Below are positions 37,734 through 51,157 of a stretch of DNA of 64,000 bases, one piece after another (position 1 is the first letter of the stretch; the number at the start of each line of letters is the position of its first letter). The position numbers and the translations under genes were made by a program. This DNA comes from Balanoglossus misakiensis (taxonomy: Eukaryota; Animalia; Hemichordata). The notes beneath the pieces were generated by a model that worked only from the letters and a program-made list of their open reading frames with translations, searched no databases and was not told the DNA's origin. Where the stretch lies: NCBI GenBank assembly GCA_040954595.2, contig CM082576.2, forward strand, positions 6,451,129 through 6,515,128. Reading direction: 5' to 3'.

Positions 37734-40700
37734 TGAAAGCTGATACCCACCCCGAGTCCGATTCGATATCGCCCCGAAAAAAACAAAGTACTCCATGGAC
37801 TGCTTCGATTAAAAAATACCACGGTGTCTTAGAACCCTAGCAAACACATCCTTCACCAATCAACTTTTTTTCCACGTTATGTAAATATCACGTGCACTCG
37901 GGAAATGGTTGAGTTGCTTCAGTGGTAGTTTTCACCAAACCAGAAAGGAATTTGCGTTCGATAAAAAAAAATAATAAAAGTGGCGAGCCTGACTTTGCAC
38001 GCTCCATTTAGAACAGAAAAGAACGTTGGCGACGATACTTGAGCAAACATTTTATCATTATGTTCGTTGTGTTCCCAGTCTGAACGCCAGGAACAGACAG
38101 AAAGCAGCCGCAGAGAAACGTCAATACACAACCGACCAACTTTCAGCGCAGAGTTTCACCAGTGATGTAGCCGCCACCGCCGTAACGTTTTCTCCGTTGA
38201 ACGCCGTAACGCGAAGTCGACGACACAGCCCGCATGAGAGGCATCGAACGCACGGCCGGTCGGTCGACCGAATGCAATCTCTCAACCGCTTAACAACGAA
38301 GCAAATTTGCGATAGAATGCTTAGTAACTGAAATATTCGGCGTCCATATTAGATAAATGCACTAATAACGTGTCGAGTTATATCAAGAACTTAGTCGCCA
38401 GCAGTGTGAATGAACTCGTACACCGAAAAATGAAAATATTTTCCGCCCTTTTGGTATTACAAACGGCAGTGGGAGAAAAAATGATTAAATGATAAACTTA
38501 CACCGAAACCGACAATGTACTGGTTATCTGCATCGAAGAGATGTTGGTTCTCGGCGGTTTTAACGTTGCAGTGTGGTCTAGTTTATTATTATGATTCTGT
38601 ACAATACGCATGAATTGGGTTGCCTCATTCTGACTGGTCGCATACTTGGTTCCTTTGTTCTTTGGTCTGACTCGTCCAATAAGCGGCGCACATGACTCAA
38701 TGAATTCTACGTGCTCTATCTACCATCTGTTCAGAAACTCTCCCAATTTTAGGGCCCCCGTATATATATACCCTTACATAATTGTGTTTCAACCAAGCTT
38801 AGCTTTCTGATATTCGTTTAGAAAACGACTGAGGGTGTCTACTAGCGATAGTGTAAATAGCTAGCAATAATCGCCATGTAGGTACCACAGATGGTGTATT
38901 CGCCCTCCCCTCGATCTTCGCGAGCTAAATGTGTTTATTCGAGCAGGAGCCTCCCCCAAAACTGGTTTAGTGAGACTACATGTATATATCTATATATCCA
39001 GACAGACAGACCTATCCAAGCCGCCGGGATCGGACAACACGGTTTAACTTCCGATTAATCTTCAGTTTACGAGCAGTGCAGAGTGACACACTGGACTGTG
39101 CACACACACAGCCATGGAATATACCATTCGCAGACGCACACCACGCCACACACACACACACATACAGCGATACGCGCACATTTTATAATCACCAACTACA
39201 TGTACATACAAACACACTCTCTCGCATCCGAAGTTGGCGTTTTTATCGAGAATTGCCAGAGTAGTGCGGCCAATATTTAACGGTCACCACCCTCAGATAT
39301 ATTTGGTACCACAAGGAAGTCGGGTCGTCGTCGTCGCCCCACGAAAACAGACACACAGAACGAAACGAGTTATTGGGCCTGGTATACTGTAGTAACCCGC
39401 CCGATTACTCAAACGAAATTAACAAAGCGTACTCTGAATGAGTTCGGTAATTAGATCACACGAAGAGTTATTAATAAAATATTACAAACCGTCTAGCCTT
39501 CTTGATAGGATTACTTCTTCTTCGGTGTTTGCACGGCGCTGGTCGTCTTAAAAAGACGACACCTTTATATTTGGTGTCAGTCTTTCTTTACCTTTACACC
39601 TGCGGTGCTGTGCGCGCCAGACTGATAAGTCTTTCCACGGTAACAATGATTTATGAAGAATGCTTGGCATAGGTGGTGTGCGATCAATGGTGCGGTTGTT
39701 ACGTATATCCTGCCGTTTCCAGTAATGCGAAAAATTCGCCGCAAACACACCTTATGACGCTGACAAAGACCGGAAGCGGGACAAGTTGGACTCTGCCCCG
39801 ATCCCACTCGACGATGCGACGACGGTGTCAATTTTTAACTCCGGTTTATTGGTTTGTTGATTGTGGCAACAGCTCTCGGACGTTTACACCGCGAAAGGCC
39901 TCCTCGTATGAGCTGCGTGTACGCTGGGCAAAGGTCTTGTCACTTGGTCGTTACTGATTACCTGCCCTGTCACGCCGATCTGGTTGGCTGGTATACACAG
40001 TTGACAGTTCCCCCTCGGCTAACTTCACTCTGCGCGCCGTTTCCACTACGCAGGTATATACCCGGTGACATTTGACCACGGGCACAGCGTGTCCTGTGAA
40101 CTTTCTCAACGTTCCGCAATTAAATACAAATGCACAATAGAAACATTAGCTTGTGAATGCGCTGAGCACTTGGGAGTAAAGTGATAGTGATTTTGAAAAG
40201 ACTTGTGTGCCAATGCATTGCCTTGCTTTGTCCGCATTCTTTCAGTCTGCAGGCGCACAAAAGATGTGCAAATCAAGTTCTCCCGACTCCCCCCAACAAT
40301 GCCGTTTGAAAGAGTTGTCTTATGCTAATAGAAAAAACCAGCTCAGGATATGACTAAGTCTATGGCTTCCCCCTTAAGCTGTTTTCGTAATGACGTATTG
40401 CAGACGAGTGGCCGACTTGAGAATCTTACAATTCCGTCATGGGGATGCAAAAGATGTTGAAAGGGACCACTTCACCGAAGTTGTCGGTATTGGCAAAAGA
40501 GCAAATTCCAAGGTATTCGGCGACAATGACCGTTATTTACTGCAAAACCCAGAGCTCATTCAACCGCGCAATGTCAACTGCCAGTGCCAGGGTTAGCTTT
40601 TTGACTGGTAGTATCAGATACCAGCGGAAACTGTCATGTGCCAAATATAACCCCGTTCCGGATGATATGGAGTATTGTGCTATACCATTTTGATGGGTCA

Positions 40701-42031
40701 ACGACCTGTGTCGGCCAATACCGGCAATTAAAATGGGTAGTAACCTAACTATCGATTAATAAATGAATGAATGAATGAACGAACGAACGAACAAATACTT
40801 TTAGGCATATTAGTAAATAAATAAATATGTAGTGGTAACTATATTCCCACGCAACACAGAACAGTCACTATTCAGTTGTTTGAAAAGGTGTAAATGGTTG
40901 TTGAATTTCATTACCAATTTGATGCCACAGTTTTCTTCGGATGTATAAGTTTATAGCAGCGTAGTCTGGAGTGACTCTTGGCTCTAAGTTGGCTTTTGTC
41001 AGAAGTCGTAGAAGGATAAGATTCTAAGACTACGTGTATTTTAAACAATTTTATTGGATTTTGTGGAAAGATCATGATGTGCGTCTTTTTCGTTTGCGTT
41101 ATCTCAGTGCAGGCCATCCACCCGCCCCCTTTTCACACCAAGTGTTTAAGACACTTTTTACTCACTTGATTTCAAGTCTTTTGAAGATCCAGAACGGAAA
41201 TAACAGTAACACAAAAAGCAAAAAGTATTCTTGGTAGCTATCTGACCAAAGTTAAAATCGGATGTAAGAGTTTAGGTGCTGTCTTTTACATTTGCCGATT
41301 CTTGGCTGTTCTGTTCTCAGATGTTCGTGTAGAGAGGTGCGTACATCCGAGATACCATTTTGCACACTTTTGAGTTACGATTTTTTGGATATGGATGGGT
41401 ATGATTGCAATTATTCACACTGAAAACTAGTTGTGAATAAAATATCACAAGTGTAGTGTCAGTACACGACTAGAAAAAGGGGAAACCATTTCTGGTCGTG
41501 TCAATAGTCTCCGAATTATGATGTATTTCATTTTTGATGAGGTACTGAGCAGAACAGGACATTTCCATCACATTGCGGGCAAATAATGCGCTTACTGTAA
41601 ATATTTTGCCATGAGAACAGTAAGGAACTGTATTCCCCGTCAAATGCCTATGAACCTGATTGAGTTAAGGTGTGAACGGAAAGACAACAAAAGAAGAGGC
41701 GACCATTGGCGTGTGAACAATCCTGTTTTTATTCACCAAGCTCGTTGGTGCTCACTCATTTGCATCGGCACTGATTTGCATACAAGGCGACAAATTCCTT
41801 CAAGTGCAGTTCAAATAAAACGTTTTTGTGAGAAAAAAAATCAATGGAGATCCGGTTCTGTGATTCACCAAATCGAGAAAGGCCACACACCACATCTAGT
41901 CAGTGGACCAACTGAGAGACTCAAATCACTTCTCAGCGGGGGTTGGGTGGTCCAATTTTCAGCCAACTTAATCATACAGCAAATGGCAAAACACCCCACA
42001 TAGATCCTTTTCATTTGTATGAAAAATAAAC

Positions 42032-42037
42032 TTTATT
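42032..42037 (-). terminator. Candidate polyadenylation signal for SPRTN
   Basis: AATAAA on the minus strand about 1 kb after the stop, near the boundary of the CpG-depleted domain. Confidence 0.45.
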
Positions 42038-43029
42038 ATCTCAAAATACATATATAAACTTTACAGTCAGAAATTTCAATAAGATAAGAACAACTTTTTT
42101 TTTCAAAAATACACAGAGTTGACATCGCAACTACGTCTGTATCGTTATCAACATCAAGTAATGTACTTCCCTTCGCATCTAGACAAATGATTGCCTAACT
42201 CCACACTTGACCACAAGGAATGTTGTTTAGTACCTCATTTCCTCCAATAAATTTTGATGTTCCTTGGAATTTTTTTGTCATTCCGGTGTAAAAGTACTCA
42301 GAAAGCTTGCTGCGGAATCTCTTCAAGGTTCAGTAAATGTACCTGTCACCCAATTATGCAACAAGTTCCTTGTCATGTAAACACTTTCTGTGATTACAGG
42401 TATTTCACAGGGTGTGAAAAGCGGCGAACAAAGGGACCAAATTAGATAACTATTACTGGTTTAATTCAAAGAGAACAATACTGTCTTCTTTTATTCTGGA
42501 GTTCAATGCAATCGATTTGGATTTGGATTTCCCCTGAGATTCCAGCAGGAAAGACAAAGGGATGCTCAAAGAGAATTGTAAAAAAGTGAAACAAAGGCAA
42601 GGGGGGTCCCTTTGTCAAAACCATGTTGCTTTGGGTGCCTGGTTTTAGGTAAGAAAGAGGAAATTCCACAACATCGGTCCAGGTCCGTGCTTTTATCTGA
42701 TCCACCACCACAGAAAGAATCTGAATTAGCCCTGTAGGGACTTTCTGTGTGAGAACACATTCAAACAGTTTTAATGGAAATAGTGAAGATTGGAATGTAC
42801 CAAAATCAAGTGCGAACAGACTTAAACAGATTTGGGATTTGTAAATGACATATTGTGCGGAGTTTTATTGGGCATTTTCAAAACTTTTGGGATGTTTTTT
42901 TTTTCATTCCTTGCAATTTGAGTAAATATAGTCGTGTCAACTTGCTATCATCACCTGCCAGTGCAAATATCCTCAAACAGAGAAATGTAATATGGCCGGA
43001 CATCAAAGTCACAAGATGTTTGAGTGGAA

Positions 43030-43799
43030 CTACATTTGGGAATTTAGACAGGAGTCCAGATGTGTATTGATGTCACTCTCAACGACCATACGGCTGCACA
43101 CGGGACAGTTGACCATTTTCCCGGTTCCGGAATTAGAGTTCTGACTGGCACCCCCAGATGCGGAGTCTAGTGCCGCTGATGGTGTGAGCGAAACAGATGT
43201 GGGAACTAAATCATTATCGTCGCGGTCGCCATGTGGGTCAAGTATGCTTGCAGGGAGACTGGGACTTGGATTTGGAGTTTGATTTGTAAATGCATTGGAG
43301 ACGGTGCTACTGCTGTTTCCCTTTTCCCGAGATCCGCGTGCTTTCTGTTTAATAACTTTACTCAGGCTGTGTCCGCGCTCCTCAGAATCACGGTCTTCTA
43401 CTTCTGGCCGCGTTTCATCAGCGCTGCTGGCAGTTTCGATTTTTCGTATTTTGGGTTTTTTCGCGACTACATATTCCTCGTCTGACGAACTGCTGAAACA
43501 GGTGATGGGACTCGGCCGTGGTTTCTTCGCTTTGAGGTTCGGTTTGGAGTTGGACTTCTCTCTGTTGCTAGGCGGCGCATTCTCGTCTCCCAGCAGCCTG
43601 GACCTTCCAGAGCTGGAGCCGCCAAGAACGTGACCGGTCCCCGAGAAAGTTGCCACAGATTGTCCACTCGTCCCACTGCTGCTGCTGGCACTGCAGTTTG
43701 TCTCTGAATTCTCAACTGTCGCTGCTTCGGAACCCCCGGCCGGCTGACTCTGACGAGAAAACAATTCCCTGATATCGGCTCCATCGGCTTTCTTCTGAC
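43030..43799 (-). CDS. SPRTN: SPRTN last exon (SHP box, UBZ4)
   Basis: Acceptor gatttcag|GT, phase 1; FSGTGHVLGG; CPVC...HLDSC; stop TAG. Confidence 0.88.
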
Positions 43800-46700
43800 C
43801 TGAAATCAGACACATATCCTCAGACAACCTGGCAATTAAGGAGCTTTGTCCGCTTGTTAGTGCCCTGTCAACACACCACCAGACAATGAAAGCAAGCCGT
43901 GCTTTTCCGAAAGGATAATCCTTTAAGATTTGGCCCACGGCCATTGATACTCTTAAGTCCTGATTTTTTTAAAAGTTGTCTGCGACAATAGAGACCAAAC
44001 AAAGCATGCTAGAACAGGATTAGAAACCTGAACACCTTCATTTGGTGTTTAAGTACCGATTTCGTAAAGCTGGCTAGAAAATCAATCGGACAAGTGCTAT
44101 TGTTGTTCTCTGTCTGTGGAGGTTGGGGGCGAGTTAGAGGCATTTGTTTAGCCAACCCCCCCCCCCCCCCCCCAACCCTTGAGTTCAGCTCAAGGCTGTA
44201 GTTCACAGTAAAGGAATCCGGTCAACACAAAAAAGGCAAAAAAAAAAATTAACAAAACAGCAAGAACAGTCAGTATGGGGCTGGCTGTCATCAACACCAC
44301 AAACAATGCCATAAACACATAATTTCAGTATAGGCAATCAACACCTGCTTTTTGTGTTGGAGACTTTTTTCTAGGTCACAGTGCTCTAATAATGCTGAGA
44401 ATTAACATATAAATTAGAAATTACAAAGAGTTTTTGACAGTAATGAATTGCTCCTGGAAGATAGGAAGACAGAAGTCCTAATTCCCTCTTTTATCTTTAC
44501 GCATCAGTTAGCACAATGTCAATCAAAGGGGACTAATTAACTGGCATACATGCATAATGACTGAGACAAGGAGCCAGTGTTTTCTTTGTTGTATCTGGTC
44601 GGACGCAGAGTGGAGAATATACCTTGAGTGTCTGCATCAGTTGCCGTCTTCTTGTTTTTCACTTTCTTCTGCCCGTAGCCCTCGGGTTCTTTGATCTTTG
44701 TGTAAGTTCCCCCGCAGGTCCGCTGGTGCTCACCCCACCATGGATCCCTTGGCGACGGCGCTCTGTTCATGGCGCGCCTGAGGATGCCGAAGTAGGGAGG
44801 CCGTTTCTGGCAGGGCCCGCTGCACTTCCACCAGTGCTGCCTGTACACGTTGACTTCATCGTGGAAGTTGTGGTAAACCTATTGGAGAAACGAGACATTG
44901 GTCATGTTTAACATCAATATAAAGCTTCAGAAGAATTTGATGATTTTGATGTCGACAACTCCAAACGCCACTGAACCGACTCACTTCACTGCAAACGTTC
45001 TAAATTATGCAACATTGTTTGAACTCATTTTCTGCGTAGTAGTACTGCCAGGGCCCTAAGGCAAATTTATTCATTAAATTGTGTTGACATTATATTTTCT
45101 GCTTATTCACTCGATCTACATATTTCATGTGCGTCGGAGCTCTTTGTTTATTTTCTTAATGCCTTGCCGACAGCATTTACTTCTGTGAGAACTCCGGATG
45201 AAGATTAAGACAAAGGACAGTTGTGAATGAAGTCACGCTTGGCTTAAAATTGACAAGGTCCAAGACCTACCCTCAGAGAAACTAAAAACAAATGTTCACA
45301 ATACTATGTCATGTATTTCCCATTTTTTTTGAACAAGTCTGCAACTCCCGACACAATCTATTTACCCAATGACCTCTGACCCCCGACTTGCAAATATTAA
45401 TATGACCTTTACTTATTCAGCTTTTTTTCTTTCACATTTGCTCTGAAGTGTCCCAGTTCTATTTCAACATCCTTTGACCCCGGTGTGTTTGCGCACAAAT
45501 TGATGCAGTAACTTTATTTCGATTAATGGGCGTCATATTCAGATTAAAATAAAGCTGTTCTAATAAATCATAAGACGACAAGCCTTGAAATCCGATCAGC
45601 AGTCTGACGAGAGAGAGAAAAAAAGCAACAGCTTGCTGCACGGCCTACAAACCCACTATCGAATTTCTCCATCAATGGAAAAAGAAAACAGTCTGCAAGT
45701 GCTGATTGGATTCTGGAGCTTTCCCCCTCCACCCTCCTCCTCCCCCTCCCTTTGCCATCTCGGATCAAATGACTTGCTGGCTTTTGTTTTGGGGGGTTTT
45801 GTGTGTGCAACACAAGGCCACTGTTGGAGAATGTTTATGTTTTGGGTCTGAAGTATGCAATTAGACACGGTCCAGTGACTGTGTGAGGTGAATTGCCAGA
45901 CTGTCTAATGACGGTGTCTTACAGAGCCAAGTGACAGTTTGCTCTACGGGTGGGGAGCTGGCAATGAATTCCAAGAAAGGGAGGGAAAAAGGGAGGAGTG
46001 GTTGGATTCAACTGGTGTATGTATACTCACACTGATGTTGGTTCCACTGTCTTTGTTAATTCGATACATGTGTTTATGAAATTCTGGTCCATGGGAGTCA
46101 TGATCCTGAGGTGAGAGCAGTAAGAGATAAATGTGAGAAGGAGAAAAAAATGACACCGACTGACAGATCTGTGGCATCGAGCCAGCTGTGAAACTATTGG
46201 ATGTGGCAATGACTCCACCACAGAAAGTAGTGAAGTCACTCTGTTAAAACACATATCCCGTTTCAAACCCATTGTGCTATGTGAGATTGTGAGAACAAGT
46301 CATTGTCAATGACACAGTCCCTGCTGGGTTAACTTGACAGAAATGAGTCTGAATATGTTTTTGTCGAAGCTCGAGCGTATCGCAAAAAAATCAAATACTT
46401 GACATGAACATTATTAAGGAACGCTATTAAGGAACTTCACAGTTACAGCACCTGATGTAATATTTCAAATCAAACCAATTGACAGCCACAACAATTTGAA
46501 CGGTCCTAGAGTTCAAACAAATCAATTCCAGGCACATTTTTGAGTAATAACTCTTGACATAAACAAGAGGGATGTGAACTTTATAAGCTCACATGGTTTG
46601 ATTGTGTGCAAATTGGCAATAAATTGGATCTCCTCGCTGTCTGTCTCTTTTACACAGTCATATTTATACGCAATTTGTATCTTCAGCAAGCGGCTTCAAA

Positions 46701-49700
46701 TTCATGCTAAATGATAGATTTAAAGGGAAACCCCAGTCCACTTTGGCTCTGTCGTTACTTCATTTTAATATCTCAAATTTCCCACTTGAACCACAAGGCT
46801 GAAGGCTACACTTGTTTATAGAGACTACAGTCAACATGTGGACTTGGTAACTTTAGATCGGTTTTCATGGTTGTTTGTGTCCAGTGTCCATGCAACAAAG
46901 GAGGGTCAACTGTAAAAACAACAACGGGGATACACTATTCATGTCTAGTGTGATTATTTCTCCCATCATAACAGGGGAAATGCTATGATGTGCAGTCGTG
47001 AATATAGTAAACATCAATGCAATTTCATGCACTGAGTCATGGCTGGATGTGAAACAAAGAAAACAGACTCTTTTATACTCATACTCAAATTACAAATAAG
47101 TTTGAAATTAGTCTTATCATATTTCATTCAAAATGTATCTATATAGTTCTGCAATAGCCACTACATATTCGCTTAATATGTTACTTTTTTGTATTTCAAG
47201 TACGTATTCCCCATGTCTGTAGATCAAATTACAAAACCTAAAATTTGGTTGGATTTGTGTTTCAATGAGAAGTTTGTGCAGCGAAATTGTCACCCATTTT
47301 CCACAGTGAACAATACCAACAATCATTTACATTTGGCATGAATAATCTGTTAATAAATATTAAAATTTAATTAATGTTTAATTTTTTTATCCTTGAGTGG
47401 ATACACAATAACGCTGTCTCATGTAACAAAATACTGCAACAGTTTTCAGCGAATTCCTCGTTACGAGGTCAGGTTCAATTAAATCACTCAAACTGAGACG
47501 ATATCTAGACCTCTAGTATACAGCTAATAAAAGATGTTGGAGTCTTTTTGGGGCAATGAAAAATTGGAGGGAAAAATCGCACGCACAAAAGCGTTTGACA
47601 GAGTTCAAAGGTCACTGAATATTCAAAAATGAACAAGGTCACCTGATTTTCAATGACCCCCCCCCCCCCCTGACAATTCATTTCCTGTGTGGTGCATAAA
47701 TTGTGGAAATTGGCCCCATAATTTCCATTTTCACAAAGGCCTGAAGAAACAAAGTCACACAAGCGAATGCAACAAAATATGACTATGGTAATCCTGAAAC
47801 CCCTTTTTTTGTCATCTGTTGGGTTGTCTTTGTGAAAACTGATACGGTTTTACTTCCTTTGCAGGCGTTTCCAATAAAATTCGACAGAGACAAAGACATT
47901 TCTCCGCCTCTTACTGGAGCACACTGCCATAATTTTGCCCTCCAAAAAGCTATAAATATTTTATCATCTGCAGATGTTGGATTCAACTACAATATCTGGC
48001 ATTTAAAACTGTTCTCCCGATTTTCTCATAAAGGCTGATGGTTCACTCACATGTTGCTGGCAATTGTATGAAATAAATTCCATGGTGGCATGAAAAATGA
48101 TAGAAAAACCCTAAAATATTGTTTGATCACACCCATGGGCCAGTCAATCAAACTGGGAACTTTACATAGTGTAGACCAGCTCTGTTCAAACACTGAGCAC
48201 AAAGCAAAGAGTTGACAGCAAAATTTATGAATACCTTTGTATTTAATTCCTGCAGTTGAAATTATATTAGCTGATGCTTTGTTTGGAAAAAAAATGTTGG
48301 CATATGCAATATTATGTAATTTTGCTGTTTGCAGTCTAATTAAACTGTCAATGTTCAAAAGAATGGGCGACAGAACATATGTTTGAACAGCAGGAATATT
48401 TTCGTCTCAAAATTGGACTGTCTGTACCGCTGAGCCAAAGTTACAGAGTTCGCAAGACAGACAGCCAATTCTCAGCGAGAGCTATTCAACAACCAATTAT
48501 GATTTCAGCGCTGAGAGCTGACATCCTGAACACCAGGCGATAAGAATTAATGTTTGACTGGCAACGTTTCACGTACGCCACGCTCGAACTGGAGGAGAGA
48601 AAAAAAAATTGAAGTGGAAAGAAGGAAATGGTTGTGTGCACTGACCTTGTTGTTGTGAGTCACAAACAGTAATGCATGGATCATTTCATGCTAGGGAAGA
48701 GAGAGAGAGAGAGAGAAAAAAAAAACGCATATCAGAAAGTTATTAGTAACATAATGTCAACAGAGCAAGTTGTTTGAACAAGGCTTACAAGCCTCCTGAT
48801 CACACATCGCTGGCAGAACAAACCGACCCGCCAGACTCTGATGCATTTTCTGACCCAAATTCAGTATTTTATGAAATGATCATAAATTTCAAGGGGACGG
48901 CAATAAGCGACCCATTTGCAAATTGAATCCACAGTTGTGTGGAGGTTCAAAGTAAGGGATTTCAATGATTATATTTCAATCCAAAAGACCCCGGGCATTC
49001 TGATTTTTTGGCCCCTTTCAAGAGTTACTAAGGTAACAATGCCACTTCAATGACCTTTCCTTTACAACTGACCCTGTACGCATATTTTGAAGGCTCAATC
49101 TGAAGGAAATGGTACTGACAGAAGAGAATGCATAGAACTTTGAGTATGAGAACAAGTGATCCACCAACATGAGAATCTCAGGCTGAGAATTTGGGCCTTT
49201 ATGAGAGGGTGAGGGCACACCGACCCCTGAATAAAATAGGCTAAGTCTAGCCGCCTATAACATCATCATGAAATTCATCATGGCAACTGCAAACTTTGAT
49301 TGAACAGATGTAATTAGCCAGCTTTAATTAACAAATACGAGATGTTAGGGTGATTTATTAAAGGACAACTTGGTATATTACAAATATTAAATACCCATCC
49401 AGGCCTCAGCTGGTGCCTGGTGCTAAATTTCATTGATAACAATTATATTACTTTTCTCATTTCCATTCAGAGTTGAAAGGTCATGCGGAAACGATGAACA
49501 TTTGCTCACCAGTAGCGTTTCAACTAAATCTTTCCTTGGTCGCAGTTTCAGCAATGGTAAACTCAGTCTTATTGAGCACAGTCCCCCTCTTCCTTCATAA
49601 CAGCACAGGCCGGCACATCTGGCAAAATAACAACAAATGGATGTATCAATCAGACTTCAGAAAATTATCCATTAAAGCCCCATTAGCAGTATCTTAATTG

Positions 49701-50673
49701 TGCGTGCATTTGTGGAATTAAAATTTCTCCAGTTCCACAATGCACAGAGCATTGCACCACATATCCAAAATTCTTAAAATATTGTGACATTTTTGTCCAA
49801 ATTGTCTTGACATGTCTGTGTTTGCCTCCTATTAAGACTGAAATTCTCGCAGTGTGTTTTGACATTCCATCTTCTTTGTTTCGAAATTGGGCTCGCATAT
49901 TTCACATTTTTTGTGGTTGCCTGTGACATTATATTGTGTTGTCTTTTTAATAACTGTTAATGTGATCAAAAGTTTGTTTAACTTTCGCATAGTGACAAAT
50001 AAAGTCATTTACTGAGGCATTCAACAGCCCATACAAAGGGACAAAACATGATATGACAGGGAGGCGGACTCAGGCACAAAAGACAAAGCGTTTCGCCCTC
50101 ATCGTCCACAATGAAAATTGCTTTTGTTGCACAGCTTTCGTAATGGGAATCTTCAGTCACCCGGCCGGTCCCTCAACATCAACAGCAGTCTAGAGAACTA
50201 TTGCATGATCTAGTTGAGGAAGACCGAGCCAATAGGGTTGATTTCTATAATTTGGGGCAATTACAAGACTACCTGACGATCCGATCCCGTGGGATATCAA
50301 ATGCAAAGCCAAACAGATCATCATGATGAACCGACCGACCAAGAGAATATTTAGTCGTTACTCACAATGTCATGCGAGGACTCCATTTCACTTCGATACC
50401 GGCCAACTTTCCCCAGAAGAATCGATCGTTGAATTGCAAAAACAACGCTCGTATATCGGGGTTTGGGTCGATGAATTCCCATCTTTCATCAACGATTGAA
50501 ACGGGTCGAGCACCATTGTAGACCATGTCATCATCATCACCACCACCATCATGTCGACTGTTTATCGGTGTTCCCGACTCAAGTGCCGGCGATCGGGCAA
50601 TTCTTTCCGCAGATTCAATGTCAAACTGTTCTTGCAACAAACGAGCCAACTCTTCGTCGCTTTCGTGAGTCAT
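43030..50673 (-). CDS. SPRTN: DNA-dependent metalloprotease SPRTN (Spartan/DVC1); join(50366..50673,49510..49618,48646..48690,46031..46105,44623..44878,43030..43799), 520 aa
   Basis: SprT domain (DPNPDIRALFLQFNDRFFWGKL...EVKWSPRMTLCAGLC...LRPRKDLVETLL HEMIH...HGPEFHKHM...HWWKCSGPCQKRPPYFG), SHP box FSGTGHVLGG and C-terminal UBZ4 CPVC...INTHLDSCL. All junctions are GT-AG and in phase. Confidence 0.96.
44623..44878 (-). CDS. SPRTN: SPRTN exon 5 (zinc-binding subdomain, basic region)
   Basis: VYHNFHDEVNVYRQHWWKCSGPC...HQRTCGGTYTKIKEPE. Confidence 0.95.
46031..46105 (-). CDS. SPRTN: SPRTN exon 4
   Basis: DHDSHGPEFHKHMYRINKDSGTNIS; ctcag|...|gtgagt. Confidence 0.95.
48646..48690 (-). CDS. SPRTN: SPRTN exon 3 (HEXXH zinc site)
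   Basis: HEMIHALLFVTHNNK; (TC)n polypyrimidine tract then ag; donor gtcag. Confidence 0.95.
49510..49618 (-). CDS. SPRTN: SPRTN exon 2
   Basis: CAGLCCYEGRGGLCSIRLSLPLLKLRPRKDLVETLL; ag|...|gtgag. Confidence 0.95.
50366..50673 (-). CDS. SPRTN: SPRTN exon 1
   Basis: ATG at 50673; MIU-like DEELARLLQEQF; donor TT|gtgag. Confidence 0.93.
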
Positions 50674-51157
50674 TTTGCCATACGCACGCCAATTTTTGAT
50701 CAGAAACCTTTTACCATCGGTTCAATAACAAAGTAACCGGCATCGATGTATCTCTGTAATCAAGGGTCCAGCTGACTCAGCAGTTTAGTATTTCCAGCTG
50801 AGAATGCGTATTAAAGAATACGAACACTTACAAATATACACAACGCAATATATGTAAATGTGTCATTTTTATTGAAAGTAATTTTTTTGTGTTAAACGCA
50901 ATATATGTAACTGTTGTTGGTAATAAAAATGGCGGAAAACGCAACGAATACACTACTGTAAGTAACGCGTTGGAAATTCAGGCCACACAACCCGGAAGTG
51001 GTAAAGACAGCGAGAAACGAAAAGCGCGTTAGAAGTAAGCCGCAGGCTCGGGCCATTGGATCTGGTGAACGACTGTGCGCTGTCGCACGTTCAAAGTTGT
51101 AAACAGTAAACTTGCCAACCAGGTTTTGAACGCCGTTTCAAGAAGATAACGTAAAAC
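50674..51157. promoter_or_regulatory. Bidirectional CpG-rich promoter between SPRTN and the PhyH-like gene
   Basis: Start codons are divergent and 484 bp apart; YY1-type AAAATGGCGG at 50926-50935; ETS/GABP CCGGAAGTG at 50992-51000. Confidence 0.75.

Noticed and set aside
40390-40693. Possible decayed reverse-transcriptase fragment (minus frame reads ...GEVVPFNIF...)
   Set aside because: Only a vague resemblance to a LINE RT motif, with no YADD or extended similarity
43800-43944. N-terminal part of the 304-aa ORF 43030..43944 as a standalone gene
   Set aside because: It is intronic read-through. The acceptor at 43800 joins the rest in frame to SPRTN exon 5, and the upstream acceptor near 43980 leads to an immediate stop.
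46720-47100. TTAAAGGG-starting segment resembling another Kolobok-type MITE in a SPRTN intron
   Set aside because: No matching right-hand TIR or TTAA could be found by eye
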